The notes beneath the pieces were generated by a model. It searched no databases. It worked only from the letters and a program-made list of their open reading frames with translations, and was not told where the DNA came from. From positions 1 to 63,605 of the forward strand of contig CAZRMP010000001.1 in the NCBI GenBank assembly GCA_964601235.1: a DNA stretch of 63,605 nt, written 5' to 3'. Position 1 is the first letter of the stretch. Each line of letters opens with the position of its first letter. A program made the translations under genes and the position numbers. Shown here piece by piece: positions 18,061 through 27,628 of this stretch. The stretch comes from an uncultured Ruminococcus sp. Its GTDB lineage: Bacteria; Bacillota; Clostridia; Oscillospirales; Acutalibacteraceae.

Positions 18061-19413
18061 ATGAAGGTAACACAATTAGAAACAACTAAGGACTTTTTTC
18101 TGCGCCCCTATGAACTAAAACCTACAGGCGGTAAAATGGGCGGTGCCGAGGTTATCGAGGTGGCCGAAAATCCGAACGAAAGAAAATTTGAGGGCTTCGG
18201 CGTGGCGGTTACGGGCAGCTCCTGCTATAACCTTAATTTAATGTCTGCCGAGGAAAGAAACGCTTTTCTTAAGGATATTTATTCCGAAGAAGGCTTGGGG
18301 CTTTCGGTTTGCCGATTAAGCGTTGGCTCAAGCGATTATTCGGCGGAGCTTTATACATATGACGACGGGGACTCCGACCCCGATTTGAAGAATTTTTCTG
18401 TCGGGCGGGATGATGATTATATCGTTCCGATGATTAAAGAGGTGCTGAAGGTCAGACCCGATATGTATGTTTTTGCCTCTCCCTGGTCTCCTCCCGGCTG
18501 GATGAAGACGGGCGGCTCGATGTGCGGGGGATATATGCGCGCGGAGTTTATAGACTGCTACGCCGATTATATTATCCGCTTTACAGAGGAGTACGAAAAG
18601 CGGGGAATTAAAATTTCCGCCCTTACCGCGCAAAACGAGACCGAAACCGACCAGTCGGGTAAAATGCCCGCCTGTATCTGGCACCCCGATATCGAGGCGA
18701 AATTCATTGTCACCCTTAAGAAAAAGCTTGAGGAAAAGGGTGTTGATACTAAGGTTTGGATGCACGACCATAATTTCAGCTCCTGGCGAAAGGTGATATG
18801 GCAGCTTGAAAATCACCCCGAGCTTTCGGAAAGCTGTGACGGCGTGGCCTTCCACTATTACGACGGCGCTCCCGAGGATATTGATAATGTAAGACTTAAA
18901 TATCCCTCCCTCGAATATCATTTCACCGAGGGCGGGCCGCGACTTTACGACAACTACGCAACCGATTGGTGCAAATGGGGAACCGTGATGTCCAAGGCCT
19001 TAAAGCATGGCTGTACTACCTTTACGGGCTGGAATTTAATGCTTGACGAGGTGGGCGGACCGAATATAGGGCCCTTCTTCTGCGGGGGACTCGCTACCCG
19101 CAACAGTTTAAGCGGAGAACTTAGCTACAGCGGTCAATACCGTGCTTTCGGTCATTTTTCTAAGTATATTAAAAGGGGAGCTAAGATATTTGCCGCCGAA
19201 ACCTCCCGCAAAGGAAACGGCTTGTTCGGTTTCCCGAATATGCCGAAGCCCGTGGAAATATGCGCCGCTTCTAATCCCGACGGCTCCTTTGTGCTTATTG
19301 TAACAAACCCCAACGGCGAAAAACGCCAGCTGCAGTATTATAAGTTCGGCAAATGGTGGTATATCGAAGCTCTGCCGAATTCTGTTTCCACAATTATATT
19401 TGAGAATGATTGA
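18061..19413 (+). CDS. Glycoside hydrolase family 30 (glucosylceramidase/beta-1,6-glucanase/xylanase type)
   Basis: FEGFGVAVTGSS...RLSVGSSDY...FASPWSPPGWMK are typical GH30 motifs. Confidence 0.8.
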   Translation: MKVTQLETTKDFFLRPYELKPTGGKMGGAEVIEVAENPNERKFEGFGVAVTGSSCYNLNLMSAEERNAFLKDIYSEEGLGLSVCRLSVGSSDYSAELYTYDDGDSDPDLKNFSVGRDDDYIVPMIKEVLKVRPDMYVFASPWSPPGWMKTGGSMCGGYMRAEFIDCYADYIIRFTEEYEKRGIKISALTAQNETETDQSGKMPACIWHPDIEAKFIVTLKKKLEEKGVDTKVWMHDHNFSSWRKVIWQLENHPELSESCDGVAFHYYDGAPEDIDNVRLKYPSLEYHFTEGGPRLYDNYATDWCKWGTVMSKALKHGCTTFTGWNLMLDEVGGPNIGPFFCGGLATRNSLSGELSYSGQYRAFGHFSKYIKRGAKIFAAETSRKGNGLFGFPNMPKPVEICAASNPDGSFVLIVTNPNGEKRQLQYYKFGKWWYIEALPNSVSTIIFEND

Positions 19414-19428
19414 TATTTACTTTAATAA

Positions 19429-19469
19429 GGGACTGTCTTAACGATTAAGGTAAGACAGCCCCCTTTTTT
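19429..19469 (+). terminator. Rho-independent terminator after the GH30 gene
   Basis: Stem CTGTCTTA/TAAGACAG extended by GGG/CCC, followed by TTTTTT. Confidence 0.7.
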
Positions 19470-19530
19470 ATATATTATCGGACATAGTAAAAAAATACTA
19501 AATTTTCAAGGATAAAATACGCTTTTTTGC

Positions 19531-19559
19531 TTGAAAATTCCAATATAATAGGGTATAAT
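19531..19559 (+). promoter_or_regulatory. Sigma-A type promoter for the SGNH-to-GH78 gene string
   Basis: TTGAAA, 17 nt, TATAAT. Confidence 0.6.
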
Positions 19560-19589
19560 GCGCTTGTAGTACTGTATGGAGGCAACAAA

Positions 19590-20264
19590 ATGGATAATCA
19601 TTGTATTTATGCATCGGTAAATATGTTCGGTTCTGTCGGAGCAATCGGCGACAGCTACACTGCGGCTTCTGTCGAAAATTCAGAGGGCAAATGGATTGAT
19701 GTTGTAGCTCAGTCGTGGGTCGGAACATTGTGTAAAAGAGCGGGAGTTCCCTTTAGCAAATACGGTCAGGGCGGCGCGACCACCAAAAGCTATTTGGCGG
19801 GCAGAATGACGGATGTTCTGAATTCCGTGCCTAATGACGCATACTTTTTCGCACTTGGAATTAATGATTCGAACAATGATTTTGAGCTTGGAACCATTGA
19901 CGATATACACGATGATGATTTTACGAAAAATGCGGACACCTTTTACGGCTGTTACGGTAAAATTATTGCGCAGGTAAAAAACCACGCACCAAAGGCAAGG
20001 CTGATTATGGTCAAAATAATGACAGGCAACCCCAAAAAGCTGAACTATGACAGCGCTATTGAGGATATTGCAAGGCATTACGGTATACCCTGTATTTCCC
20101 CTTATGACGATGACTTCTTTTCAAGTGAAGCGTATAAAAATTATATGGTCAGCGGTCATCCCACAGCGATGGGATATTCGATGATCGGGCTTGCAATGGA
20201 ACGGCTGTTTTCAAAGTGCGTGATCGATAATTTAGATTATTTTAAATTTTCTACCGTTGGATAA
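19590..20264 (+). CDS. SGNH/GDSL hydrolase family esterase
   Basis: Start moved to ATG 19590 (RBS GGAGG). Blocks GDSYT, GGATT, GINDS and SGHPT are present. Confidence 0.8.
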   Translation: MDNHCIYASVNMFGSVGAIGDSYTAASVENSEGKWIDVVAQSWVGTLCKRAGVPFSKYGQGGATTKSYLAGRMTDVLNSVPNDAYFFALGINDSNNDFELGTIDDIHDDDFTKNADTFYGCYGKIIAQVKNHAPKARLIMVKIMTGNPKKLNYDSAIEDIARHYGIPCISPYDDDFFSSEAYKNYMVSGHPTAMGYSMIGLAMERLFSKCVIDNLDYFKFSTVG

Positions 20265-20302
20265 ATGAATTAATACCGGTTTGATTTCAGAAAGGAAAAC
20301 CT

Positions 20303-22480
20303 ATGATTAAGTTTGATAAAGAGAACGAAATTTTTTATCTTAACACCAAAAGCACAACCTATGCCATGGGGGTTTGGAACGGGGAAAAGCTACTCCACCG
20401 CTACTGGGGTAAAAGGCTTGTAAACCCGCTTAATAAAACCGACTTAGGCGATTATAAAAGAAGAGGTTTTGAAGCGGTGGATTTACAGGGCGGCAATTCC
20501 GATATTGTTCCCTTTGAGTACTCGGTCTTCGGCAACGCGGATATGCGTATCCCCTCCGCCGAGTTCAGATTTGCGGACGGCAGCAGAGTATCGAACCTTA
20601 CATATAAGGGTTATGAGATAATTGACGGCAAGCCCGCCTTAGAGGGACTTCCCGCAACCTACTGCGAGGAGGGGGATAAGGTCGAGACCCTTACAATACA
20701 CCTTGAGGATACCTACCAGAATGTAGATGTTTTCCTTTCCTATTCGGTGTTTGAGGACTTTGACGCGATTACCCGCAGTACAAAGATTGTAAATAGGGGA
20801 GAAAGGCTGCTCCTTGACTCTGCAATGAGCGCGACTGTGGATTTTTACGGCAGTCCCGAGCGGGAAATACTCCACCTTGACGGCGCGTGGATGCGGGAGC
20901 GCTCTGTTGTAAGACAGCCGATTGTAGCGGGCAATCAGGGTATAAACAGCCGTTACGGCTGCAGTAATATGTTTCACAATCCCTTTATCGCCCTGTGCGA
21001 TAAAAACGCCGATGAAAATCACGGCAATGTTTACGGCTTTAATCTGGTTTACAGCGGTAACTTTACGGCGGGAGCGGAGTCCAATCCCTTTAACGGCCTG
21101 CGCGCCTATATAGGAATTAATCCCACCAATTTTCAGTTTGTTTTAGAAAAGGGGGACAGCTTTAGGACCCCCGAGGCGGTGCTGGTTTACTCCGCAAAGG
21201 GAATAGGCGAAATGTCGAGAATTTACCACAAGCTTTACCGTACCCGCCTTTGCAGAGGCAGGTTTAGGGACACCGAGCGCTTTGTGCTTATAAATAACTG
21301 GGAAGCCACCTACTTTGATTTTAACGAGGATAAAATAGTCGAGATAGCCGAAAAAGCCGCTAAAATCGGAATAGACACAATGGTGCTGGATGACGGCTGG
21401 TTCAGCTCCCGAATTGACGATAAAAACGGACTCGGCGACTGGTACGAAAACCGCGACCGACTGCCGAACGGTTTAGAGGGGCTCGCAAAGCGTATAAACG
21501 CCCTCGGTATGCGGTTCGGGCTGTGGTTTGAGCCTGAAATGGTAAACCCCGGCACCGAGCTTTACAAAAACCACCCCGACTGGATTCTTCATACCAAGGG
21601 AAGAAAACCGTCACAGGCAAGAAATCAGTTAACCCTTGACTTTTCGCGGGATGATGTGTGCGATTATATTATAGACACCCTAAGCGGTATTTTAAGCCGC
21701 GCCAATATAGAGTACATAAAGTGGGATATGAACCGCTGTATGTCAGAGCCGGGCTCTGCTTTTTGGGATGGCGAACATCAGGGCGAGGTAATGCACCGCT
21801 ATATTTTAGGACTTTACAGGGTGCTTGAAACATTGACGCAGCGTTTCCCGAATGTGCTTTTTGAAAGCTGTTCAAGCGGCGGCTCGAGGTTTGACGCGGG
21901 TATGCTTTACTATATGCCCCAGACCTGGACGAGCGATGACAGCGACGCGGTGGAACGCCTTAAAATCCAGTACGGCACAAGCATTGTTTACCCCTTTAGC
22001 TCAATGGGCGCTCATGTTTCGGCGGTGCCTAACCATCAGGTGGGCAGGATTACGAGCTTTGATATGCGGTGCAATGTCGCTATGGCGGGGCAGTTCGGCT
22101 TTGAACTTGACCTTAACAAATGCACCGAGGAGGAGCTCAAAACCGCCGAAAGGGCGATAAAAACCTACCGCGAATTAGGCGAGGTTTTCCACAAGGGCGA
22201 CTGCTACCGCTTAAAATCCCCCTTTGAGAGCGATGTTTGCGCTATCGAGTTTATTTCGGAGGACAAAAACACCGTAATTTTAACGGTGAACTGTAACCGC
22301 GCAACACCTAACGCGCCGGACGAGTATATCAAGCTTTGCGGACTTGATGAAAACGCGATCTACGCACTTGAAGGCACGGATAAGCGCTTCGGCGGCGATT
22401 ATCTTATGAATATAGGCCGGCATTTTGTAAACAACCGCGAAAATCAGTCGATTACGGCGGTCTATAGGCGTGTTGAATGA
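20303..22480 (+). CDS. Alpha-galactosidase, GH36
   Basis: The KWDMNR and CSSGGSRFD motifs and the overall length are typical of GH36 AgaA/MelA-type enzymes. Confidence 0.9.
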   Translation: MIKFDKENEIFYLNTKSTTYAMGVWNGEKLLHRYWGKRLVNPLNKTDLGDYKRRGFEAVDLQGGNSDIVPFEYSVFGNADMRIPSAEFRFADGSRVSNLTYKGYEIIDGKPALEGLPATYCEEGDKVETLTIHLEDTYQNVDVFLSYSVFEDFDAITRSTKIVNRGERLLLDSAMSATVDFYGSPEREILHLDGAWMRERSVVRQPIVAGNQGINSRYGCSNMFHNPFIALCDKNADENHGNVYGFNLVYSGNFTAGAESNPFNGLRAYIGINPTNFQFVLEKGDSFRTPEAVLVYSAKGIGEMSRIYHKLYRTRLCRGRFRDTERFVLINNWEATYFDFNEDKIVEIAEKAAKIGIDTMVLDDGWFSSRIDDKNGLGDWYENRDRLPNGLEGLAKRINALGMRFGLWFEPEMVNPGTELYKNHPDWILHTKGRKPSQARNQLTLDFSRDDVCDYIIDTLSGILSRANIEYIKWDMNRCMSEPGSAFWDGEHQGEVMHRYILGLYRVLETLTQRFPNVLFESCSSGGSRFDAGMLYYMPQTWTSDDSDAVERLKIQYGTSIVYPFSSMGAHVSAVPNHQVGRITSFDMRCNVAMAGQFGFELDLNKCTEEELKTAERAIKTYRELGEVFHKGDCYRLKSPFESDVCAIEFISEDKNTVILTVNCNRATPNAPDEYIKLCGLDENAIYALEGTDKRFGGDYLMNIGRHFVNNRENQSITAVYRRVE

Positions 22481-22555
22481 CGGCTGAAATTAAGCATTTC
22501 CATTTTGAAAAGTAATTAAAAGCATATAATATATGCTGAAAATATCAAGAAAGAT

Positions 22556-23602
22556 ATGGTGAAACAAATGATTGAAAAATTCAGAGGTCCCGAAAACATT
22601 ATGCACCGCTATGAGAAAAATCCTATAATTACATTAGAGGATTTTCCCGTTCCCGCCCGCGCGGTATTCAACTGCGGGCAGACTATGTATAACGGGCAGA
22701 CAATATTGCTTATTGCGGCAATATACCAAGACAGAAAGCCTAACGGAAGTATTACGGGTATCCATGTAGCACGAAGCGATGACGGTATTCATTTTGAAAT
22801 AGAAAAAGAGCCGCTTTGCGATAAGCGTGATTGGGTCGACGAAAGCTTCGGTAACTTTGATTGTTGGGTTATAGACCCCAGAGTTACAAAGATTGATGAT
22901 ACATATTATATTGTCCGTCCCGCACAGGTTCACTGCTTACCTAGCGATGCGCCCGCAGGCCCGGCAGCTATTCTTGAAAAAACCAAGGATTTTAAGACGG
23001 TAGAGTTTGTTGAGTGTATTGCTTTGCCTTCAAACCGCGTTCCCTGCCTTTTCCCGGAGAAAATAAACGGCCAGTATGTACGCCTTGACAGACCGTATAA
23101 TATTGTATCCCTCGAGAATAAAGGCGGTGATAGTCTGGACGATAGGACGGTCGGCGGAATTTGGATTTCATATTCACCCGATATGATTTATTGGGGCAAG
23201 CACCGCCCTCTGCTTTACCCGCCCCTTTCCTATGCAAATTATAAGGTAGGTCCTACACCTCCGATAAAGACAAAGGACGGCTGGCTTGAAATAATCCACG
23301 GCGTTTACAAGGAAAACCGTGAATTCTGCTATTCAATCGGTGCAATGCTGCTTGACCTTAACGACCCGTCAAAAATAATCGGTATTGCAAAGGACTGCAT
23401 TTTAACCCCCAATGAGCCCTATGAAATTAAGGGCAGAGTTGACAATGTTGTTTTCCCCTGTGGCGCGATAGCCGATGAGGAAACCGACACTATACGGATA
23501 TATTACGGCGGTGCCGATACCTGCATAGGTCTTGCAACAGGCTCTCTTTCCGAGCTTATTGATGCCTGCAAAAAGGGTTTCACCTATTCTGAACAAAAAT
23601 GA
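22556..23602 (+). CDS. GH130 family glycoside phosphorylase/hydrolase (beta-mannoside type), copy 1
   Basis: NPIIT.EDFP, WVIDPR, RIYYGGADTCIGLATGSL. Paralogue of 55874-56815. Confidence 0.8.
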   Translation: MVKQMIEKFRGPENIMHRYEKNPIITLEDFPVPARAVFNCGQTMYNGQTILLIAAIYQDRKPNGSITGIHVARSDDGIHFEIEKEPLCDKRDWVDESFGNFDCWVIDPRVTKIDDTYYIVRPAQVHCLPSDAPAGPAAILEKTKDFKTVEFVECIALPSNRVPCLFPEKINGQYVRLDRPYNIVSLENKGGDSLDDRTVGGIWISYSPDMIYWGKHRPLLYPPLSYANYKVGPTPPIKTKDGWLEIIHGVYKENREFCYSIGAMLLDLNDPSKIIGIAKDCILTPNEPYEIKGRVDNVVFPCGAIADEETDTIRIYYGGADTCIGLATGSLSELIDACKKGFTYSEQK

Positions 23603-23624
23603 ACGCCTGAAAGGACTGACCGTA

Positions 23625-25181
23625 ATGAAAACTAAAAAAATCGTAAACATTGTAAACTTTATCCGCGGCGAGGATTGGCGCTTTACCCACGAAATGCTGC
23701 ACCAAACCTTTATCAACACCCTTGAGCTTTGCAAACAATATCCTATGCCCTATACGATTTCCCTGCTTTATGATGCACTTATCAATCCCGATTATACCAC
23801 CCCGCTGCTTGAAAACAAGGACCCCAATATGGAGGTTGGCCTTTGGCTTGAGCTTTCAAGGCAGGCGGTGGAAAATGCGGGGCTTAAGTGGAATGAGGAG
23901 CACGATTGGACCTGGCACGTAAACCCCGGTATGCTCTTAGGCTACAATCAGCCCGACCGCGAAAAAATTATTGATGAGCTGATGAACCGCTTTAAATCGG
24001 TGTTCGGCTATTATCCCGCCTCGGTAGGCGCTTGGGTTATAGATACCCACTCAATCAACTATATGAAAGAGAAATACGATGTTAAGGCGGTTTGCTTCTG
24101 CCGTGAGCAGTACGGCACAGACGGCTACACCTTATGGGGCGGATATTACAATCAGGGCTATTACCCCAGCAAAAAGAATATGTTTATGCCCGCCCAGTCC
24201 AAGGAGGAGCAGACCAACGTACCCCTTTTCAGAATGTTGGGCCCCGACCCGATTTACGAGTACGATTTACAGCTGTACGGAAACTTCAGAACCGTCCCAA
24301 CCTTAGAGCCCGCGTGGCGGCTGGGTCAGGACGAAAAGTGGGTTGACTGGTATCTTGATTCCCACTACGGCGCAGAGGGAATGGCTTTCTCCTATACACA
24401 GACAGGTCAGGAAAACTCCTTTGGCTGGGACAGCTTCGGCGTAGCCCTTAAAATGCAGATGGATAAGGTATACGAGGGTATGAAGGAAGGCAAATGGGAG
24501 GTTATGACCCTAAGGGATACGGGAATCTGGTTCTCAGAGACTTTCGATACCACCCCCGCCACCTCGATTACCGCCCTTACCGATTGGCAGGAGGAGAACC
24601 AAAGACAGACCGTATGGTACAACTGCAAAAATTACCGCTTTGATATGCACAACGAAAACGGAAAAATCTGCGTAAGAGATATTAACCTTTTCGATGAGAA
24701 TTATCAGGATAGATATTTAGAAATCCCCGCCCCCGGCGATGATGCCACCTTTGATGCGCTCCCGATTATTGACGGCTACCTCTGGCGCGGGGACGGCGAG
24801 CTTTCGGGTCTCTACTTTGTAAAGCGCGGCACCAATGAAAAGGTTGAGGGTAAGCTCTTGTCTTCCGAAGCTGTAAATGATACCACCCTTAAAATCACCT
24901 TCGAGCTTGAGGGCGAAAAGGCGGTCTGCCTGTGCGATGAGGAAAAGGTGCGCTTTGAGCTTCCAAGCGCGTCCTACGATATGCTCTTTAAGTATAAGGA
25001 GCTTCGCAACACAAAGATAGAGGAAATCGGCGGTTCCTCGGTTAAATATGAGCACGAATCTATGTCTTACGGACTGGAATTGTCCTGCAAGGTATCGGGC
25101 GAGGAAAACGGCTACAGAATTTCACCCGAGGGTAAAGATTTTGAACTAAGCTTTCAGCGCTTCGGCAAAAAGGAGTTTTAA
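23625..25181 (+). CDS. Uncharacterised 518-aa protein with no family recognised
   Basis: Start moved to ATG 23625 (MKTKKIVNIVNFIRGEDW). No signal peptide and no motif I can assign. Embedded between GH130 and GH78. Confidence 0.6.
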   Translation: MKTKKIVNIVNFIRGEDWRFTHEMLHQTFINTLELCKQYPMPYTISLLYDALINPDYTTPLLENKDPNMEVGLWLELSRQAVENAGLKWNEEHDWTWHVNPGMLLGYNQPDREKIIDELMNRFKSVFGYYPASVGAWVIDTHSINYMKEKYDVKAVCFCREQYGTDGYTLWGGYYNQGYYPSKKNMFMPAQSKEEQTNVPLFRMLGPDPIYEYDLQLYGNFRTVPTLEPAWRLGQDEKWVDWYLDSHYGAEGMAFSYTQTGQENSFGWDSFGVALKMQMDKVYEGMKEGKWEVMTLRDTGIWFSETFDTTPATSITALTDWQEENQRQTVWYNCKNYRFDMHNENGKICVRDINLFDENYQDRYLEIPAPGDDATFDALPIIDGYLWRGDGELSGLYFVKRGTNEKVEGKLLSSEAVNDTTLKITFELEGEKAVCLCDEEKVRFELPSASYDMLFKYKELRNTKIEEIGGSSVKYEHESMSYGLELSCKVSGEENGYRISPEGKDFELSFQRFGKKEF

Positions 25182-25183
25182 TT

Positions 25184-27442
25184 ATGGATTTTCCCGTTAA
25201 TTTTATTGCCGCAGGTTATGATTATACAGATTTAGAGCATTTTGTACCCGCTCCCTTTTTCAGAAAGAGGTTTACGGCAGGGAAGACCGCCAAGGCGGAA
25301 ATTGTTATAGGCGCGGCGGGCTTTTATAAGCTTTTCCTTAACGGCAGGGATATAACAAAGGGCGAGCTTGCGCCCTATATCAGCAATCCCGACCATATCG
25401 TTTATTATGACAGCTACGATGTAACCGAGCTTGTGGCAGAGGGCGAAAATGTTGTGGCGGTACTGCTGGGAAACGGCTTTCAGAACAATGCGGGCGGTTA
25501 TGTGTGGGGCTTCGATAAAGCGCCGTGGAGAGGCGCTCCGAAATTCGCAATGAAGCTTACCCTTACCGCAGAGGACGAAACCGTGACCGAGTTTGAAAGC
25601 GATGAAAGCTTCAAGGTCTGCCCGTCACCCATATTGTTTGACGATTTCCGCTGCGGCGAGTATTATGACGCACGGCAAGAAAAGCCCGATTTCCATTCTG
25701 TCGGTTTTGACGACAGCGAGCTTAAAAACGCAATAAAGGTAAAGGCTCCCCGGGGCGAAAAAAGGCTCTGCGCCGCCGACCCCGTCCGTGTTTACGGCGA
25801 GATTAAGCCCGTATCGGTCACCCGCCATCTAAACGGCTGGCTTTACGATTTCGGGGAAAATAATTCGGGCGTTTGCAGGCTTTCGGTTGACGGCAAGGCG
25901 GGGCAGAAAATCACCCTTTATTACGGCGAATGGCTCAAGGACGGCGTCTTCACCCGCGAAAATATTGTCTTTGCTCATATGGGCGCGGAGCGAAACGAGT
26001 TTATTCAGAAAAGCGTTTACACCTGTAAGGACGGTAAGCAGACCCACACACCGAGCTTTATTTACAACGGCTTTCAGTATGTTTATGTTGAGGGAATAAC
26101 CGAGGAACAGGCGACTGCGGATTTGCTCACCTACCTTAAAATGAGCTCCCTTAGCACCCCCGCGGGCGGGTTCACCTGCTCGGACGAGGTTGTGAATAAA
26201 ATTGAGGAGGCAACCGTCCGCTCGGATATTTCAAACTTCAACTATTTCCCCACCGACTGCCCCCAGAGAGAGAAGAACGGCTGGACGGGGGACGCGTCCG
26301 ACTCGGCGGAGCAGCTGATTATAAATTTCCGCCCCGAAAAGTGCTTTAAGGAATGGCTGCACAATATTTATAAGGCGTTGGGGGATAAGGGCGACCTGCC
26401 CAGCGTTGTTCCCACCGTAACCTTCGGCTATAAGAATAACAACGGCCCCGCGTGGGACAATGTAATTGTAAATCTTCCGTACTATACATATGTATATAGG
26501 GGAGATAAGGAGATTTTAGAGGAGCTTTCCGTACCTCTTATGCGTTATCTCAATTATCTGTACGAAATGCGTACCGAAGAGGGCTTCATTACATTCGGTC
26601 TCGGCGACTGGGCGCCTCCGGGACGCGCGGTTTGGAATTTCCCCACCCCCCACGCGGTAACAGGCACAATTCTTTCCTATGATATTGCACAAAAAGCGGC
26701 GTTTTTCTATGATGTTCTCGGCAAAGAGCCGCAAAAGCAGTTTGCACTTTCACTGGCAGAGGGCTTTAAGACCGCCTTTAAAGAGCATCTGTATGATAAA
26801 GAAACAGGCGTTGTTTCGGGCGAGACACAGACAGGTCAGGCTATGGCGATATTCTACGGAATGTTGACTGAGGAAGAGGAGAAAAAAGCCTTTGATGTAT
26901 TGCTTAAATATATAGACGATGCGGACGGTCATTTTAACACCGGCGTTTTAGGCGGCAAGGCGATCTTCCGCGTGCTGGCGGAAAAGGGCAAGGTTGATTT
27001 GGCTTATAATATGATAACCCGTCCCGATTTCCCGTCCTACGGCAACTGGATTAAGCGGGGCGCCACCACCCTTTGGGAGGAGTTCCAGCCCGAGGGCGGC
27101 ACGGTTTCGTCCCTTAACCATCACTTCTGGGGCGATGTTTCCGCCTGGTTCTACACCTACCTTGCGGGAATTAGAATCAACCCCACCTTAAGGGATGTCA
27201 CAAATGTTGATGTTAAGCCGATGTTCCCCGAAAAGCTTGACAGCGTAAACGCTTATCAGGATACACCGAACGGCAGAATCGCGGTCGCTTGGAACCGCAC
27301 GGGTAATAACGCCGTTAAATTAAAGGTTGAAGCGGCAGAAAAACTCCACGGTAAAATTGCCGCCACCGACGGTTATAAATTTGCCGACGGCTTATCAGAA
27401 AAGCCCCTTGCAAGCGGTGAATACAATTTAATCAAAGCCTGA
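25184..27442 (+). CDS. Alpha-L-rhamnosidase, GH78
   Basis: RBS AAGGAG. The DCPQREKNGWTGDA motif and the ~750 aa architecture are typical of GH78. Confidence 0.8.
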   Translation: MDFPVNFIAAGYDYTDLEHFVPAPFFRKRFTAGKTAKAEIVIGAAGFYKLFLNGRDITKGELAPYISNPDHIVYYDSYDVTELVAEGENVVAVLLGNGFQNNAGGYVWGFDKAPWRGAPKFAMKLTLTAEDETVTEFESDESFKVCPSPILFDDFRCGEYYDARQEKPDFHSVGFDDSELKNAIKVKAPRGEKRLCAADPVRVYGEIKPVSVTRHLNGWLYDFGENNSGVCRLSVDGKAGQKITLYYGEWLKDGVFTRENIVFAHMGAERNEFIQKSVYTCKDGKQTHTPSFIYNGFQYVYVEGITEEQATADLLTYLKMSSLSTPAGGFTCSDEVVNKIEEATVRSDISNFNYFPTDCPQREKNGWTGDASDSAEQLIINFRPEKCFKEWLHNIYKALGDKGDLPSVVPTVTFGYKNNNGPAWDNVIVNLPYYTYVYRGDKEILEELSVPLMRYLNYLYEMRTEEGFITFGLGDWAPPGRAVWNFPTPHAVTGTILSYDIAQKAAFFYDVLGKEPQKQFALSLAEGFKTAFKEHLYDKETGVVSGETQTGQAMAIFYGMLTEEEEKKAFDVLLKYIDDADGHFNTGVLGGKAIFRVLAEKGKVDLAYNMITRPDFPSYGNWIKRGATTLWEEFQPEGGTVSSLNHHFWGDVSAWFYTYLAGIRINPTLRDVTNVDVKPMFPEKLDSVNAYQDTPNGRIAVAWNRTGNNAVKLKVEAAEKLHGKIAATDGYKFADGLSEKPLASGEYNLIKA

Positions 27443-27616
27443 CCGAATCCCTCCGTCAGCCTACGGCTGCCACCTCCCTTTAGGCAAGGGAGGCTCACCC
27501 ACATAAAGGCCCCCTTGCCTTGTAGCGACTTTATCTAAAAATAGGCCCCCTTGCCTAAAGGGGGCTGTCGAGCGGAGCGAGACTGGGGGATACGGTCTAC
27601 CGTCTAACATCTAAAA
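27443..27616 (+). repeat. Mosaic hairpin repeat cluster A
   Basis: Modules GAATCCCTCC, CCTCCCTTTAGGCAAGGGAGG, GGCCCCCTTGCCTAAAGGGGGCT, a variable hairpin, TGGGGGATA, and TCTACCG TCTAACA TCTAAAA heptads. All recur in clusters B to E. Confidence 0.9.
27511..27558 (+). repeat. 48-nt direct repeat, left copy (upstream of the GH37-like gene)
   Basis: Identical to 28854-28901. Confidence 0.95.
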
Positions 27617-27628
27617 GGAGAAAAAACT

